64,000 nt of DNA from an uncultured Lichenihabitans sp. (lineage in GTDB: Bacteria > Pseudomonadota > Alphaproteobacteria > Acetobacterales > Acetobacteraceae). Position 1 is the stretch's first letter. Every line of letters begins with the position of its first letter. The notes under the pieces are model-generated. The model worked only from the letters and a program-made list of their open reading frames with translations. It was not told where the DNA came from and did no database searches. The translations under genes were made by a program, and so were the position numbers. The stretch is taken from contig CAZZZA010000001.1 in the NCBI GenBank assembly GCA_964658455.1, forward strand, positions 3,705 through 67,704, in the 5' to 3' direction. Of this stretch, positions 53,617-64,000 are shown piece by piece.

Positions 53617-54915
53617 CTACCCGGACCCGCCGATCTCGTGCCCCGGCGCCGTCTCCGGCATGGCGAGGAACAGCGCCGCCAGCGCGCAGTAGGCTGCCCC
53701 GCCCGATGTCAGGAACGCGGCCGGGTAGCCGAAATGGTCGACGATGATGCCGGCGGCCAGGCCGCTCAGCGACGCGCCGATGCCCTGGACGGTCGCCACC
53801 GCGCCCTGGGCCAGGTTGAAGCGGCCGGTGCCGAGCATCAGGTCGGCGATGATCAGGGGCGTGATCGCGCCGAAGATGCCGGCACCGACGCCGTCCAGCA
53901 GTTGCACGGCGATCAGCCATGGCGCGCTGTCGGAAAAGGTGTAGAGCACGGCTCGCACCGGCAGCACCGCGAAGCCGAGCAGCAGGATCGGCTTGCGACC
54001 GAACCGTTCCGCGGTGCGGCCGACGGCGAGCGCCACCGGCAGCATGATGAGCTGGGCCGCGATGATGCAGGACGACATCATCGCCGTCGCCCAGGCCGGG
54101 TGCGACTGCGCCAGCTTCTGTCCCACCAGCGGCAGCAGCGGCGCGTTGGCGAAATGGAACAGCATCGCGCACAGGGCAAAGACGATCAGCGGCCGCGAGC
54201 GCAGCAGCGACCGGTAGGCGGACGGCGCCTGCGTGCCGGTCGCGTCGGCGTCCTGGCCCGCGGCGTCGCCGGCGCCCAGTCCGCGTGCACGGTCCTGGTC
54301 GATCGCGCCCGCCGGGATCGAGAGCATCGCGATCGAGGCCAGGGCCGCGAACACCGGCACCATCAGGAACACCGCGCGTTGCGCGAACACATAGCCGACC
54401 GCGCCGGCCACGGTGGCGATCGCGACGTTGCCGGCATGGTCGAACGCGGCGTTGCGCCCCATCTGGCGGGCCAGGCGCGCCCGCGTGTAGAGGCCGAGCG
54501 TCACCGCGGCGACCGCCGGTCCGAACACGTCGCCGACGACGGCGATGCCGGTGTTGGCGATCAGCACTGGCCAGAAACGCGGGACGGCAAAGATCACCGC
54601 CGCGCCGAGGCCGACCACCATCAGCGCCAGCACCACGGCGCCGCGCTTGCGGCGGGTGGCGTCGATCGCCGCCCCTGCCGGCGTCTGCGCCAGCAGCCCG
54701 AGCAGCCCGCTGACCGTGGTCACCCAGCCGACCTCGGTCTGGCTCCAATGCTGCTCGGTGATCAGGAACACGTTGAGGTAGGGCCCGAGCGCGCCACGCA
54801 CGTCGGCGAGCAGGAAATTCACCGCATCCAGCGATCGTGGCCGGAAGCCGGCCCGCTTCGCCCGCTCGGTCACGCCATCCAGGCGCGTGCCGGTTGCCGC
54901 GCTGCCTGTCGTCAT
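53617..54915 (-). CDS. MFS transporter
   Basis: Last 432 codons of ORF 53617..55866, starting at MTTGSAATG. About 12 hydrophobic segments. Confidence 0.8.
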   Translation of the reverse strand: MTTGSAATGTRLDGVTERAKRAGFRPRSLDAVNFLLADVRGALGPYLNVFLITEQHWSQTEVGWVTTVSGLLGLLAQTPAGAAIDATRRKRGAVVLALMVVGLGAAVIFAVPRFWPVLIANTGIAVVGDVFGPAVAAVTLGLYTRARLARQMGRNAAFDHAGNVAIATVAGAVGYVFAQRAVFLMVPVFAALASIAMLSIPAGAIDQDRARGLGAGDAAGQDADATGTQAPSAYRSLLRSRPLIVFALCAMLFHFANAPLLPLVGQKLAQSHPAWATAMMSSCIIAAQLIMLPVALAVGRTAERFGRKPILLLGFAVLPVRAVLYTFSDSAPWLIAVQLLDGVGAGIFGAITPLIIADLMLGTGRFNLAQGAVATVQGIGASLSGLAAGIIVDHFGYPAAFLTSGGAAYCALAALFLAMPETAPGHEIGGSG

Positions 54916-54953
54916 CGTGCCTGTCCCCCCGCCCTCCGTGTCGCGGCGCCGGC

Positions 54954-56111
54954 TCAGGCCGGCCGCAGCCGCAAGGCGACCACGATCCCGGCGCCGGCCG
55001 CCAGGGCGCCGATCGCGAACACCAGCGCCGGACGGGACAGCGCCGCCACCGTGCCCAGCAGCGGCCCGGTGAGACCGATCGCGACGTCCTGGAACGCGGC
55101 GAAGCTCGCCACCGCGAGGCCGCGCGCGTGCGGCGGCACCTGTCGGAACGCCTCGATGCCGAACGCCGGGAACAGCAGCGAACACCCGGCCCCGGTCAGG
55201 CCGGCGCCGAGCAGCGCCACTGCCGGCACCGGCGCCAGCCACAGCAGCAGCTGGCCCACCGCCTCCACCATGAGCGAGACCGCCGCCACCCGCCTGCCGC
55301 CGGCCCGGTCCGGCAGGCCGCCGGCCAGGATGCGGACCGCGACGAAGCCGCCGCCATAGGCGAACAGCGCGAAGCCGGCCCCGGGCCAGTGCAGCTTCGC
55401 GAAATCGAGCGAGGCGAACGCCGAGACCGCCGCGAAGCCGATGCCGCCCAGCATCAGGCCGGTGCCGGGATGCCAGACATGGCCGACGACCTCGGACAGC
55501 GACACACGCTGCGCCGCCGGCGGCCGCACCGCGCGCAGCGGCGTCACCGGCAGCAGCGCGCAGAGCGGCACCAGCGCGGTCGCCAGCGCCAGCGTCTCGA
55601 ACCCGGCCTGCCTGTAGAGGGCGAAGCCGCACGGCGCGCCGAGCGCCAGCGCCGCGTACTGCGCCATGCCGTTCCACGACATCGCCGCCCCGGTGCGGCC
55701 CGGGCCGGCGCGGACGATGGCCCAGCTCAGGATGCCGGTGATCAGCAGGCTCTCGCCCACGCCGAGCACCAGACGCCCGGCGATCAGCACCAGCAGCGAC
55801 GCCGTCGCCCCGGCGCCGGGCAGTCCGGAGGCGAGGTAGCACCATCCCGCGCCCGAACAGGCGCACAGGCCAGAGAGCACCGCCGGTTTCGGCCCGTAGG
55901 CGTCGACCAGGCGGCCGGCGGGAATGCGGGTCAGCACCGTCGCCAGCGACTGGATACCCACCACCAGCCCGGCCACCGCGGTGTTGAACCCGAGCGTATC
56001 GCGCACGTGCAGCGGCATGGCGGGCAGCGGCAGGCTGACGGTCAGGAAGCCGAGCGCCATCGTCGCCAGCAGCGGCGCCAGCCGGAGCAGCGGCGTGCCG
56101 TCCCGGTTCAC
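54954..56111 (-). CDS. MFS transporter
   Basis: 385-aa polytopic protein. GRLVDAYGPKP resembles the MFS loop 2-3 motif. Confidence 0.8.
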   Translation of the reverse strand: MNRDGTPLLRLAPLLATMALGFLTVSLPLPAMPLHVRDTLGFNTAVAGLVVGIQSLATVLTRIPAGRLVDAYGPKPAVLSGLCACSGAGWCYLASGLPGAGATASLLVLIAGRLVLGVGESLLITGILSWAIVRAGPGRTGAAMSWNGMAQYAALALGAPCGFALYRQAGFETLALATALVPLCALLPVTPLRAVRPPAAQRVSLSEVVGHVWHPGTGLMLGGIGFAAVSAFASLDFAKLHWPGAGFALFAYGGGFVAVRILAGGLPDRAGGRRVAAVSLMVEAVGQLLLWLAPVPAVALLGAGLTGAGCSLLFPAFGIEAFRQVPPHARGLAVASFAAFQDVAIGLTGPLLGTVAALSRPALVFAIGALAAGAGIVVALRLRPA

Positions 56112-56121
56112 GGCGTTGCCG

Positions 56122-56553
56122 TCAGCCGTGGTCGCGGCCGGACGGCAGCGCCGCCGCGACCGTGGGCGGCCCGCGCAGCGACGTCGCCAGCAGCGCGCCG
56201 GCGGCGACGCCAGCCAGGCAGAGCGCCACCGACAGCACGACGTTGCCCAGCGCCTGCCCGACGCGACCGTCGCGGGCCAGGTCCAGCGTCTGCAGGCTGA
56301 AGGCGGAGAAGGTGGTGAAGCCGCCGCAAAGACCGACCATCACGAAGGTGCGCAGCTCCGCCGGGGCGGCGAAGCGGCTGTCGGCGGCGGTAAGCACGGC
56401 GAAGCAGCCGATCACGAACGAGCCGACCACGTTGATCAGCAGCGTACCCCAGGGAAAGGCCGGCCCGGTCAGCGCGACCATGACGTTGCCGACCCAGGCC
56501 CGCAGCACGCTGCCGATCGCGCCGCCGATCGCGACCAGGACGTAGCTCAGCAT
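56122..56553 (-). CDS. crcB: fluoride efflux channel CrcB/FluC
   Basis: GGAIGSVLR...FPWGTLLINVVGSFVIG...GLCGGFTTFSAFS. Confidence 0.85.
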   Translation of the reverse strand: MLSYVLVAIGGAIGSVLRAWVGNVMVALTGPAFPWGTLLINVVGSFVIGCFAVLTAADSRFAAPAELRTFVMVGLCGGFTTFSAFSLQTLDLARDGRVGQALGNVVLSVALCLAGVAAGALLATSLRGPPTVAAALPSGRDHG

Positions 56554-56568
56554 CGGGCGGTCTCGCGT

Positions 56569-57069
56569 TCAGGCGGTGCGGGCGGTGGCGCCGAACGGCC
56601 GGTTCAGCCGCACGATCGCCAGATTGAGGAAGGCGGCGATCGTCACCCACAGCAGATAGGGGAGCAGCAGGCAGGCCGCCAGCGTCGAGTATGGCCACAG
56701 CGCCACCACCAGCGCCGCCACCGACAGCCACAGGCCGAACACCTCGACCATCGCCCAGTCCGGGCGTTTCGCGGTGAAGAACAGCCAGCTCCAGGCGATG
56801 TTGAACAGCGCGTTGACCGCGAACAGCGCGATCAGCGTGGTCCGGCTGCCGGGCGCGGTCAGATGCGGCCAGACCGCTACCACGGCCCACACCGTCAGCG
56901 CGCCGATCGTGCTCCAGACCGGGGCGAACACCCAGCCCGGCGGCTGCCAGCTCGGCTTGCGCAGGGCGAAATACCACGGGCCGATCCGCGTCAGCGCACC
57001 GCCGATCCCCAGCACCGCCAGCACGCAGACGGCGGCGACCACGACCGGACGCTGGAGGAAGTCGAGCAT
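56569..57069 (-). CDS. tspO: tryptophan-rich sensory protein TspO (CrtK)
   Basis: Last 166 codons of ORF 56569..58131: KPSWQPPGWVFAPVWSTIGALTVWA...NALFNIAWSWLFF. Its ATG overlaps the bchP stop. Confidence 0.85.
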   Translation of the reverse strand: MLDFLQRPVVVAAVCVLAVLGIGGALTRIGPWYFALRKPSWQPPGWVFAPVWSTIGALTVWAVVAVWPHLTAPGSRTTLIALFAVNALFNIAWSWLFFTAKRPDWAMVEVFGLWLSVAALVVALWPYSTLAACLLLPYLLWVTIAAFLNLAIVRLNRPFGATARTA

Positions 57070-58259
57070 CAGGCGGAAATCAGGCCCGAGAGATGCGCCA
57101 CGTTCTTGAAGAAGATGCGCATGTGCGCCGCCGGCTTGGCCCGCACCAGTTGCTTGGTCATGTAGGCCGCCCAGGTCAGATCCTGCACGTCGGGATCGCG
57201 GCAGATACTGCAGAAGCGCTCGCGCCGGCCGTCGGTTGCATACCAGAAGCGCTGCATGATCGACAGGATCCTGAACACCTGCCCGTGCGATCGCATGAAA
57301 CGCTTGCGCGCCAGGCGCAGCGCGCGGACGTCGCCGGTCCGGCAGAAGCGGTCGGCGGCCTGTGCTGCCAGCCGCCCGCCGGTCATGGCGTAGTAGATGC
57401 CCTCGCCGGAGGCCGGCGCCACCACGCCCGCCGCATCGCCGGCCAGCACCACGTTGCGGCCATCGTCCCAGCGTCGCAGCGGCTTCATCGGGATCGGCGC
57501 GCCCTCGCGGCGGATCGTCGTCGCATGCTCGAGCCCGGCGGTGCGGCGCAGTGCCGCGAGCGCCTTGCGCTGGCCGAAGCCCTTTTGCGCGCTGCCGAGC
57601 CCGACGCTGGTGGTCGGGCCGTGCGGAAACACCCAGCCGTAGAAATCCGGCGAATGCGCGCTGCTGTAGTAGACGTCGCACGCGTTGGCATCCTCGCTGC
57701 CGGGGGCGCGTTCCGGCGAGCGCACGATCTCGTGGAACGCGAACACGTAGGGCATCCCGGCCGCGCCCTTGACGCTCTGCAGCGCCACCTGGGACTTGGC
57801 GCCGTCGGCCCCGATCACCACCCGGGTCCTGACCGCGACCTCGCCGCCCTGCGCGTCGGTGTAGGAAACGGTCGCGGTGCCGTCCGCATGCGCGGTGCTG
57901 CGCAGGAAGGTGCCGCGGCGGCGGGCGGCGCCGGCCGCGGCGGCCCGCTCGCGCAGCCATTCGTCGAAACCCTCGCGATCCACCATGCCGACAAACCCGC
58001 CGGCGCGGATCGGCATGTGCGCGATCCTGGCCGACGGCGCGACGATCCGCGCCGCGGTGATGTGCGCGACCAGCATCGAATCCGGGATCTCGAACTCGGT
58101 GATCGCCGCCGGCGGGATCGCCCCGCCGCACGGCTTGATCCGGCCGGCCTTGTCAAGCAGCAGCACCGAGCGACCGCCACGCGCCAGATCGTGGGCGGCG
58201 GTCGCACCGGCCGGGCCGCCGCCGACCACGACGACGTCGAAATCCGAAGGCACGTTCAT
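57069..58259 (-). CDS. bchP: geranylgeranyl diphosphate/bacteriochlorophyll reductase
   Basis: Last 396 codons of ORF 57069..58904: FDVVVVGGGPAGATAAHDLARGG...KPCGGAIP...LAGDAAGVVAPASGEGIYYAM. Confidence 0.88.
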   Translation of the reverse strand: MNVPSDFDVVVVGGGPAGATAAHDLARGGRSVLLLDKAGRIKPCGGAIPPAAITEFEIPDSMLVAHITAARIVAPSARIAHMPIRAGGFVGMVDREGFDEWLRERAAAAGAARRRGTFLRSTAHADGTATVSYTDAQGGEVAVRTRVVIGADGAKSQVALQSVKGAAGMPYVFAFHEIVRSPERAPGSEDANACDVYYSSAHSPDFYGWVFPHGPTTSVGLGSAQKGFGQRKALAALRRTAGLEHATTIRREGAPIPMKPLRRWDDGRNVVLAGDAAGVVAPASGEGIYYAMTGGRLAAQAADRFCRTGDVRALRLARKRFMRSHGQVFRILSIMQRFWYATDGRRERFCSICRDPDVQDLTWAAYMTKQLVRAKPAAHMRIFFKNVAHLSGLISA

Positions 58260-59578
58260 GGACTGTCTCCGATCATGCCACCTGGAAGCGTCACGGGCCG
58301 GCCGGCCGGTTCGATGCCGAACACCCTGGCGGCCTGGATCGCCGCCAGCAGGAACAGGCCCGCTTCGATCACCAGCACCACCGCGTAGGCCTGCGCCGGC
58401 AGCGGCAGCACCGCGCGGGCGGCCTGGATCGCGCCGGCGCCGCCAAGTCCGCCGGCCGCGAACGCCAGCGCCTGCGCCGCGCCCCACAGGCCGATCCTGA
58501 CCCCGCCGCGACGCGCGCCGGCCATCTGCATCATCGCCCCAATCGCCGCCACAGCGAACACGCCGTTGCCCAGGCCGAGCCCGGCCGCCGCGGCCAGGAG
58601 CAGCAACGGCGCATGGATCAGGCCGGAGACCGCCAGCAGCGCCAGCGCCAGCGCCGAGGCGGCGCAGCCGCCCAGCGTCCAGTGCCGCAGCGAAGGGGCG
58701 AGGCCGCGCCCGGCGCCGACCGCCACCGCCAGCATGCCGAGCAGCGCGCCGCCATGCTGCAGGCCGGTGAGCTGCGCGCTCTGTCCCGGCGCCATCGCGA
58801 ACACCGCGCCCGCGAACGGCTCGAGCAGGATCTCCTCGGCGCTGTAGGCCAGCATCGAGATCGCCACGAAGCCGGTGAATCGTCTGGCCTGGCGATCGCG
58901 CCACACCTGCCGCAGCGCCGTGGCCAGGCTCACCCGGGCGACGGCCTCGGCCGGGACGGCGCCGTCGCGCTCCAGGCCGGCGGTCGCCAGCAGCGTCACC
59001 AGCACCGCGAGCCCCGCCACGCCGCCGGTCACCAGGGTCAGCCGGTGCAGCGAGAACGGCCGCAGCGCCTGGCCGGAGAGGCCGGCGGTGACGGCGATGC
59101 CGGCGATCATCATGATCCAGACCGTCGATGCCGCGGCCGGCCGGCGCGACGGCGCGACCTGCGCCGACAGCAGCGCCAGCAGCGCGGTGCCGCTGGTGCC
59201 GACGCCGATGCCGATCACCGCATAGGCCAGGAGCGCCAGGGCGATGCCGGCCGCGCGCGCCGACCCGCCGAGCAGGCCGATCGCCTGTGCCGCCAGCAGC
59301 GCCCCGGCGCCGAGCAGCACCATGCCGCCGACGATCCAGCCGGTGCGCCTCCCGCCCTGGTCGGAGCCGTGGCCCATCGCCGGCCGGATCACCTGCACCG
59401 CGTAATGCAGCGCCACCAGCGCGGCCGGCAGCAGCGCCGGCAGGCCGAGTTCGACCACCATCACCCGGTTCATCGTCACCGTGACCAGCACCACCACCGC
59501 GCCCAGCATCGCCTGCACCAGGCCGAGCCGCAGGATGCCGCCCCAGCCGAGCGCCGCCCCGGCCGCGCCGCGGCTCAC
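58256..59578 (-). CDS. PucC/LhaA-like BCD-family MFS protein of the photosynthesis cluster
   Basis: 440 codons from a GTG that overlaps the bchG stop (GTGA). Polytopic, with TMNRVMVVELG as in PucC-family proteins. The position between bchG and bchP is the classical one. Confidence 0.8.
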   Translation of the reverse strand: MSRGAAGAALGWGGILRLGLVQAMLGAVVVLVTVTMNRVMVVELGLPALLPAALVALHYAVQVIRPAMGHGSDQGGRRTGWIVGGMVLLGAGALLAAQAIGLLGGSARAAGIALALLAYAVIGIGVGTSGTALLALLSAQVAPSRRPAAASTVWIMMIAGIAVTAGLSGQALRPFSLHRLTLVTGGVAGLAVLVTLLATAGLERDGAVPAEAVARVSLATALRQVWRDRQARRFTGFVAISMLAYSAEEILLEPFAGAVFAMAPGQSAQLTGLQHGGALLGMLAVAVGAGRGLAPSLRHWTLGGCAASALALALLAVSGLIHAPLLLLAAAAGLGLGNGVFAVAAIGAMMQMAGARRGGVRIGLWGAAQALAFAAGGLGGAGAIQAARAVLPLPAQAYAVVLVIEAGLFLLAAIQAARVFGIEPAGRPVTLPGGMIGDSP

Positions 59579-60468
59579 GACGCCACCCGCAGCGCCAGCG
59601 CCGCGACCAGCATGCCCAGCACCAGCGCCGAGGTGCCGGTGGCGTTGTAGCGGATCGCCTCGCGCCTCGGGTCGCGCAGCAGGCGCGGCATCAGCGCCAG
59701 CTGCGCCAGCACCAGCAGCGCGATGATCCCGGCATGGACCGGCAGCCGCCACCACAGCAGCAGGCCGATCACGCCGAGCTGCGGCGCCAGCATCACCGCG
59801 CAGGCCAGCCGGCAGGCCGGTCCGACGCCCAGGCGCGCCGGCAGCGACCGCACGCCGCTGCGCCTGTCGCCCTCGACGGACTTGAAATCGTTGAGCGTCA
59901 TGATGCCGTGGGTGGCGATGCTGTAGAGCAGCGCCAGCGCCAGCACCCGCGACGAGGGCAGGCTGCCGGCGGCGACCGCGGCGCCGGCGAACCAGGGCAT
60001 CCCCTCGTACGACACGCCGACCGCCAGGTTGCCCCACCAGCCATTGCCCTTCAGACGCAGCGGCGGGGCGCTGTAGATCCAGGCCAGCACCATGCCCAGC
60101 AGCGCCGTCACCCAGACCCAGGGCCCGAGCGCGCACGCCACCGCCATCGCCAGCACCATCCAGGCCGCGGCGATCCGCAGGCCCCAGAGGCCGGGAATGC
60201 GTCCGGACGGGATCGGCCGTTGCGGCTCGTTGATGGCGTCGACGTCACGGTCGAACCAGTCGTTGATCGCCTGGCTGGCGCCGCACATCAGCGGTCCGGC
60301 CAGCACCATGCCGACGATCGCCACCGGCCAGACGGCGCCGAGCGGCCGTGCCGCCGACAGCACGCCGCAGCCGAACGCCCACATCGGTGCGAACCAGGTG
60401 ATCGGCTTGAGCAGCTCCAGCACCGCCGAGGCGGCGATGCGGTCGCGGCCCTGCACCAGGGCGGTCAC
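59575..60468 (-). CDS. bchG: bacteriochlorophyll synthase (UbiA prenyltransferase family)
   Basis: LLKPITWFAPMWAFGCG...NDWFDRDVDAINEPQRPIPSGR...NDFKSVEGDR. Confidence 0.9.
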   Translation of the reverse strand: MTALVQGRDRIAASAVLELLKPITWFAPMWAFGCGVLSAARPLGAVWPVAIVGMVLAGPLMCGASQAINDWFDRDVDAINEPQRPIPSGRIPGLWGLRIAAAWMVLAMAVACALGPWVWVTALLGMVLAWIYSAPPLRLKGNGWWGNLAVGVSYEGMPWFAGAAVAAGSLPSSRVLALALLYSIATHGIMTLNDFKSVEGDRRSGVRSLPARLGVGPACRLACAVMLAPQLGVIGLLLWWRLPVHAGIIALLVLAQLALMPRLLRDPRREAIRYNATGTSALVLGMLVAALALRVAS

Positions 60469-61880
60469 GACGCGCCGTCCTCGTCGCCGTCGCCGAGCCC
60501 GTAGCGCCTGAGCTTGACGTAGAGGCTCTGCCGGCTGACGCCCAGCATCTCGGCCGCCGAGGCCCGGTTGTTGCCGGTCATCTCCAGCGCCGACTCGATG
60601 CAGAGTCGCTCGATCGCATCGGTGGATTCGCGCACCAGCTCCTTGAGCGGCACCCGGCCGATCAGGGCGCTCATCTTGTCCGCGGAATGCGTCATGCCGC
60701 GCCCGAGGCCGCGGTCGCCGCCCGGGCGGCGGGCGACATCGCGGATGTAGAACGCATAGCCCGGCTGGCCGTCTGGGCGCACGCTGGCGGAGATCTCGAC
60801 GTCGGTGGTGGCGCCCTGCTCGGTGCGGGCGACGCTCGCGAACAGCTTGACGGTGCCGCGCTGGCGCAGGTTGGCGATCAGCACCCCGAGATCGACGCCG
60901 TCATGGCCGATCCAGCGCCCCAGCGGTTCGGTCGCCACCGGCTGCGTCGCCGGCAGCCCGGCCAGGGTCCGGAACGCCTGGTTGACCGAGACGATGTCGC
61001 CATCGGCATCGGTGAGCGCCATCGCGTCCGGCATGTGGCCGATCAGCGCCGGCAGCACCGCGCCGTCGTCGGACTGGCCGGCGGGAGGCGGCGCGTCCGG
61101 CGACATCCTGACCAGCAGGAACAGGCCGTCATCCTCGCGCAGCACCGAGATCGCCACGCTGAGCTGGCGTCCGCACAGCGCCGCCTCGATGGTCTCGCTG
61201 CGGTAGGTGCCGCGCGCGGTGGCGAGCGCGTCGGCGACCGCGGCGCGGCTGGCCGGTTCGAAACACTCGTGGAACGGGCGGCTGGAAGCGCGTTTCGCCT
61301 CGCGCCCGAGGATCATCCTGGCGGCGGGATTGAGGGCCACCGGCCGCATGGTCTGCGCGTCGAGCATGGCGATCCCGTCCTGCGCGGTCTCGAACAGGGC
61401 GCGGTAGCGGGCCTCGGTCTGGCGCAGCGTGTTGTAGTCGCGCTCCAGGCTCTGCTGCGCCTCGATCAGCCGCTGCTGCAGGGCGGCGGTCGAGCGCATG
61501 TCGCGGCCGAGCACGATGACGGAATCGTCGCCGCCGATCGGCACCGCGGAATAGGAGATCGGCACGTCGTCGCCATGGTGGGTTGGATGGTTGAGGTGGC
61601 GCCAGCGCATCGGCCGTTCGGCCAGCGCATCGTCGAGCATCGCGTCGAGCTTCGGGCGGCTCTCCACCGTCACGGCGCTGCGCCAATGACGCCCGAGCCA
61701 GTCGCTTGTATCGGCGATCTCGTCGCGAAGGTCGCTCGATCTGAAAGCGACGTCGCGTACCACACCGGACCCGTCCACAACGACCGCGACATCAGCAGCG
61801 GTCAGAACGATCTTTTTCATTGTGGCCGGGTCGAGTGCGCCGAACGTCTTGTCCGGAAGCGAGGGCGGCGCGTCTATCAC
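60465..61880 (-). CDS. ppsR: PpsR/CrtJ photosynthesis gene repressor (PAS domains plus Fis-type HTH)
   Basis: 471 aa. The C-terminal end is IESALEMTGNNRASAAEMLGVSRQSLYVKLRRYGL. Position next to bchG and ppaA. Confidence 0.88.
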   Translation of the reverse strand: MIDAPPSLPDKTFGALDPATMKKIVLTAADVAVVVDGSGVVRDVAFRSSDLRDEIADTSDWLGRHWRSAVTVESRPKLDAMLDDALAERPMRWRHLNHPTHHGDDVPISYSAVPIGGDDSVIVLGRDMRSTAALQQRLIEAQQSLERDYNTLRQTEARYRALFETAQDGIAMLDAQTMRPVALNPAARMILGREAKRASSRPFHECFEPASRAAVADALATARGTYRSETIEAALCGRQLSVAISVLREDDGLFLLVRMSPDAPPPAGQSDDGAVLPALIGHMPDAMALTDADGDIVSVNQAFRTLAGLPATQPVATEPLGRWIGHDGVDLGVLIANLRQRGTVKLFASVARTEQGATTDVEISASVRPDGQPGYAFYIRDVARRPGGDRGLGRGMTHSADKMSALIGRVPLKELVRESTDAIERLCIESALEMTGNNRASAAEMLGVSRQSLYVKLRRYGLGDGDEDGAS

Positions 61881-61904
61881 GTTGATGATGTTCTCCCGAT
61901 GCCG

Positions 61905-62891
61905 TCATGCCGGTTGTCCTCGTGCGAGGGATGAAACGGCTTTGAGCCCAACCTCCAGATCAGGTAACAACAAGGCCAGTTGATGCGGCGCCTGCGCGCC
62001 GTCGGTCGCCACCATGTCGGCGCCGAACTGCAGCGCCAGCCGCGGATCGTCCATGAACAGCGGGCCGCCGATCACGGTGACGATGCGCCGGTTGCGCGAC
62101 GCCTCCCGCACCGCGGCGATCGAGCGCGCCAGCATCTCGATCTGGACCTCGCAGCTCACCGAGAAGCCGATCGCGTCGAAGGACTGGGTGCGTACGCGAT
62201 GGCGCAGCGCCTCCAGCCGCGCGGGCGATCCGCTCGTCACCGACCAGCCGGCGCGACGGAAGAAATCGGCGGCCATCGCCAGCCCGAACGTGTGCTGGTT
62301 GCCGGGCACGGTGACGATCAGGATCGAGGCCGGGCGCGCCGCCGGTGGGCGCAGCGGATCGCGCGGCATCAGGTGCAGCATCGCCTGCTGCAGCTGCATC
62401 ACGCCGATCGTCACGGCGACGAAATCGTAACGGTCCTGGACCCAGAGGTCGCCGAGATGACGCGCCGCCGGCGCCAGCACCTCGAGACAGACCCGGTCCG
62501 GCCGGGCGCCGCTCTCCAGCAGGCTCTCGAGATGGGCGAACATCTGCTCGGGATGGCGTCCAGCCGCCTCGCGCGCGAATGCGAAGGCGAGCGGCGAGGG
62601 GTCCTGCGCCTGCATCGGCGCGGGATCGCGGGCGCCGTTGGCGTGCAGCGTCAGCAGGTGCGGCACGATCGCGTGCTCGATGGCTTCCTTCAGCAGCGAG
62701 GCGGGCGCCGGCGTCCGCTGCGACGGGCGGTCGGTCTGCAGCTCGGGCCAGTCCGGCTTGTCGCCGCCCGCCGCATGGCCGTGGCCACCAGCGTTCACGA
62801 TCGACCCTTCCGGCTGCACCATCGCGATCTGCTGGATGCCGCTCATGACCCTCATCCCTGCTACCCCGAGAATTGCGAGGCCGGGCATATC

Positions 62892-62897
<6 letters not shown>
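61905..62897 (-). CDS. ppaA: PpaA/AerR cobalamin-binding photosynthesis regulator
   Basis: B12-binding-domain pattern ILIVTVPGNQHTFGLAMAADFFRRAGW...FDAIGFSVS...VIGGP. The true start is probably one of the internal Met codons (62888-62822), because the ORF-track start overlaps an inverted repeat. Confidence 0.75.

Positions 62898-64000
<1,103 letters not shown>

Noticed and set aside
52283-54748. N-terminal part of the 1063-aa ORF 51557..54748
   Set aside because: It runs antisense through the thioredoxin gene, straight across the tRNA-Gly gene and into the MFS gene. Only the last 241 codons (the LON-domain protein) are credible.
56554-56568. Fluoride riboswitch upstream of crcB
   Set aside because: Only 15 nt separate crcB from the tspO stop. 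The riboswitch aptamer needs roughly 50-60 nt or more, and I saw no such conserved sequence in the adjacent tspO 3' end.
53462-57069. Idea that tRNA-Gly marks an integrated genomic island carrying the MFS/crcB genes or the photosynthesis cluster
   Set aside because: I found no integrase and no repeat of the tRNA 3' end downstream. Composition stays host-like, so tRNA adjacency alone is insufficient.

Overview
High-GC window (a typical 60-nt line I hand-counted, 45001-45060, is 45/60 G+C) from an alphaproteobacterial chromosome. It is almost certainly a bacteriochlorophyll-containing phototroph, because the right end carries the start of a photosynthesis gene cluster: tspO-bchP-pucC-like-bchG-ppsR-ppaA on the minus strand and bchF-bchN on the plus strand. 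Most of the window is core metabolism: class I fumarase, thyX, nrdB, ispB, pyrE-murI, gltA, chorismate mutase, photolyase, serB, miaA and ilvBNC. There is also a large LacI-controlled ABC transporter and acid-sugar (otnC/ltnD/otnI/otnK) catabolic block. I found two RNA genes: tRNA-Gly(GCC), and a circularly permuted two-piece tmRNA lying directly upstream of sspB, which the ORF track shows only as a spurious 68-aa ORF. Many long ORFs in the track are stop-free antisense or alternate-frame artefacts of the high GC content, and I rejected them. The most unusual locus is a GC-poor islet at 42.6-44.8 kb with no recognisable family. It holds a 314-aa protein with a central hydrophobic hairpin, translationally coupled to a 4-TM small membrane protein. 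This pair is followed in tandem by a diverged, 5'-truncated copy of the same pair. That layout resembles polymorphic toxin/immunity loci with orphan modules, but this is inference only. I saw no CRISPR array, transposase or integrase.
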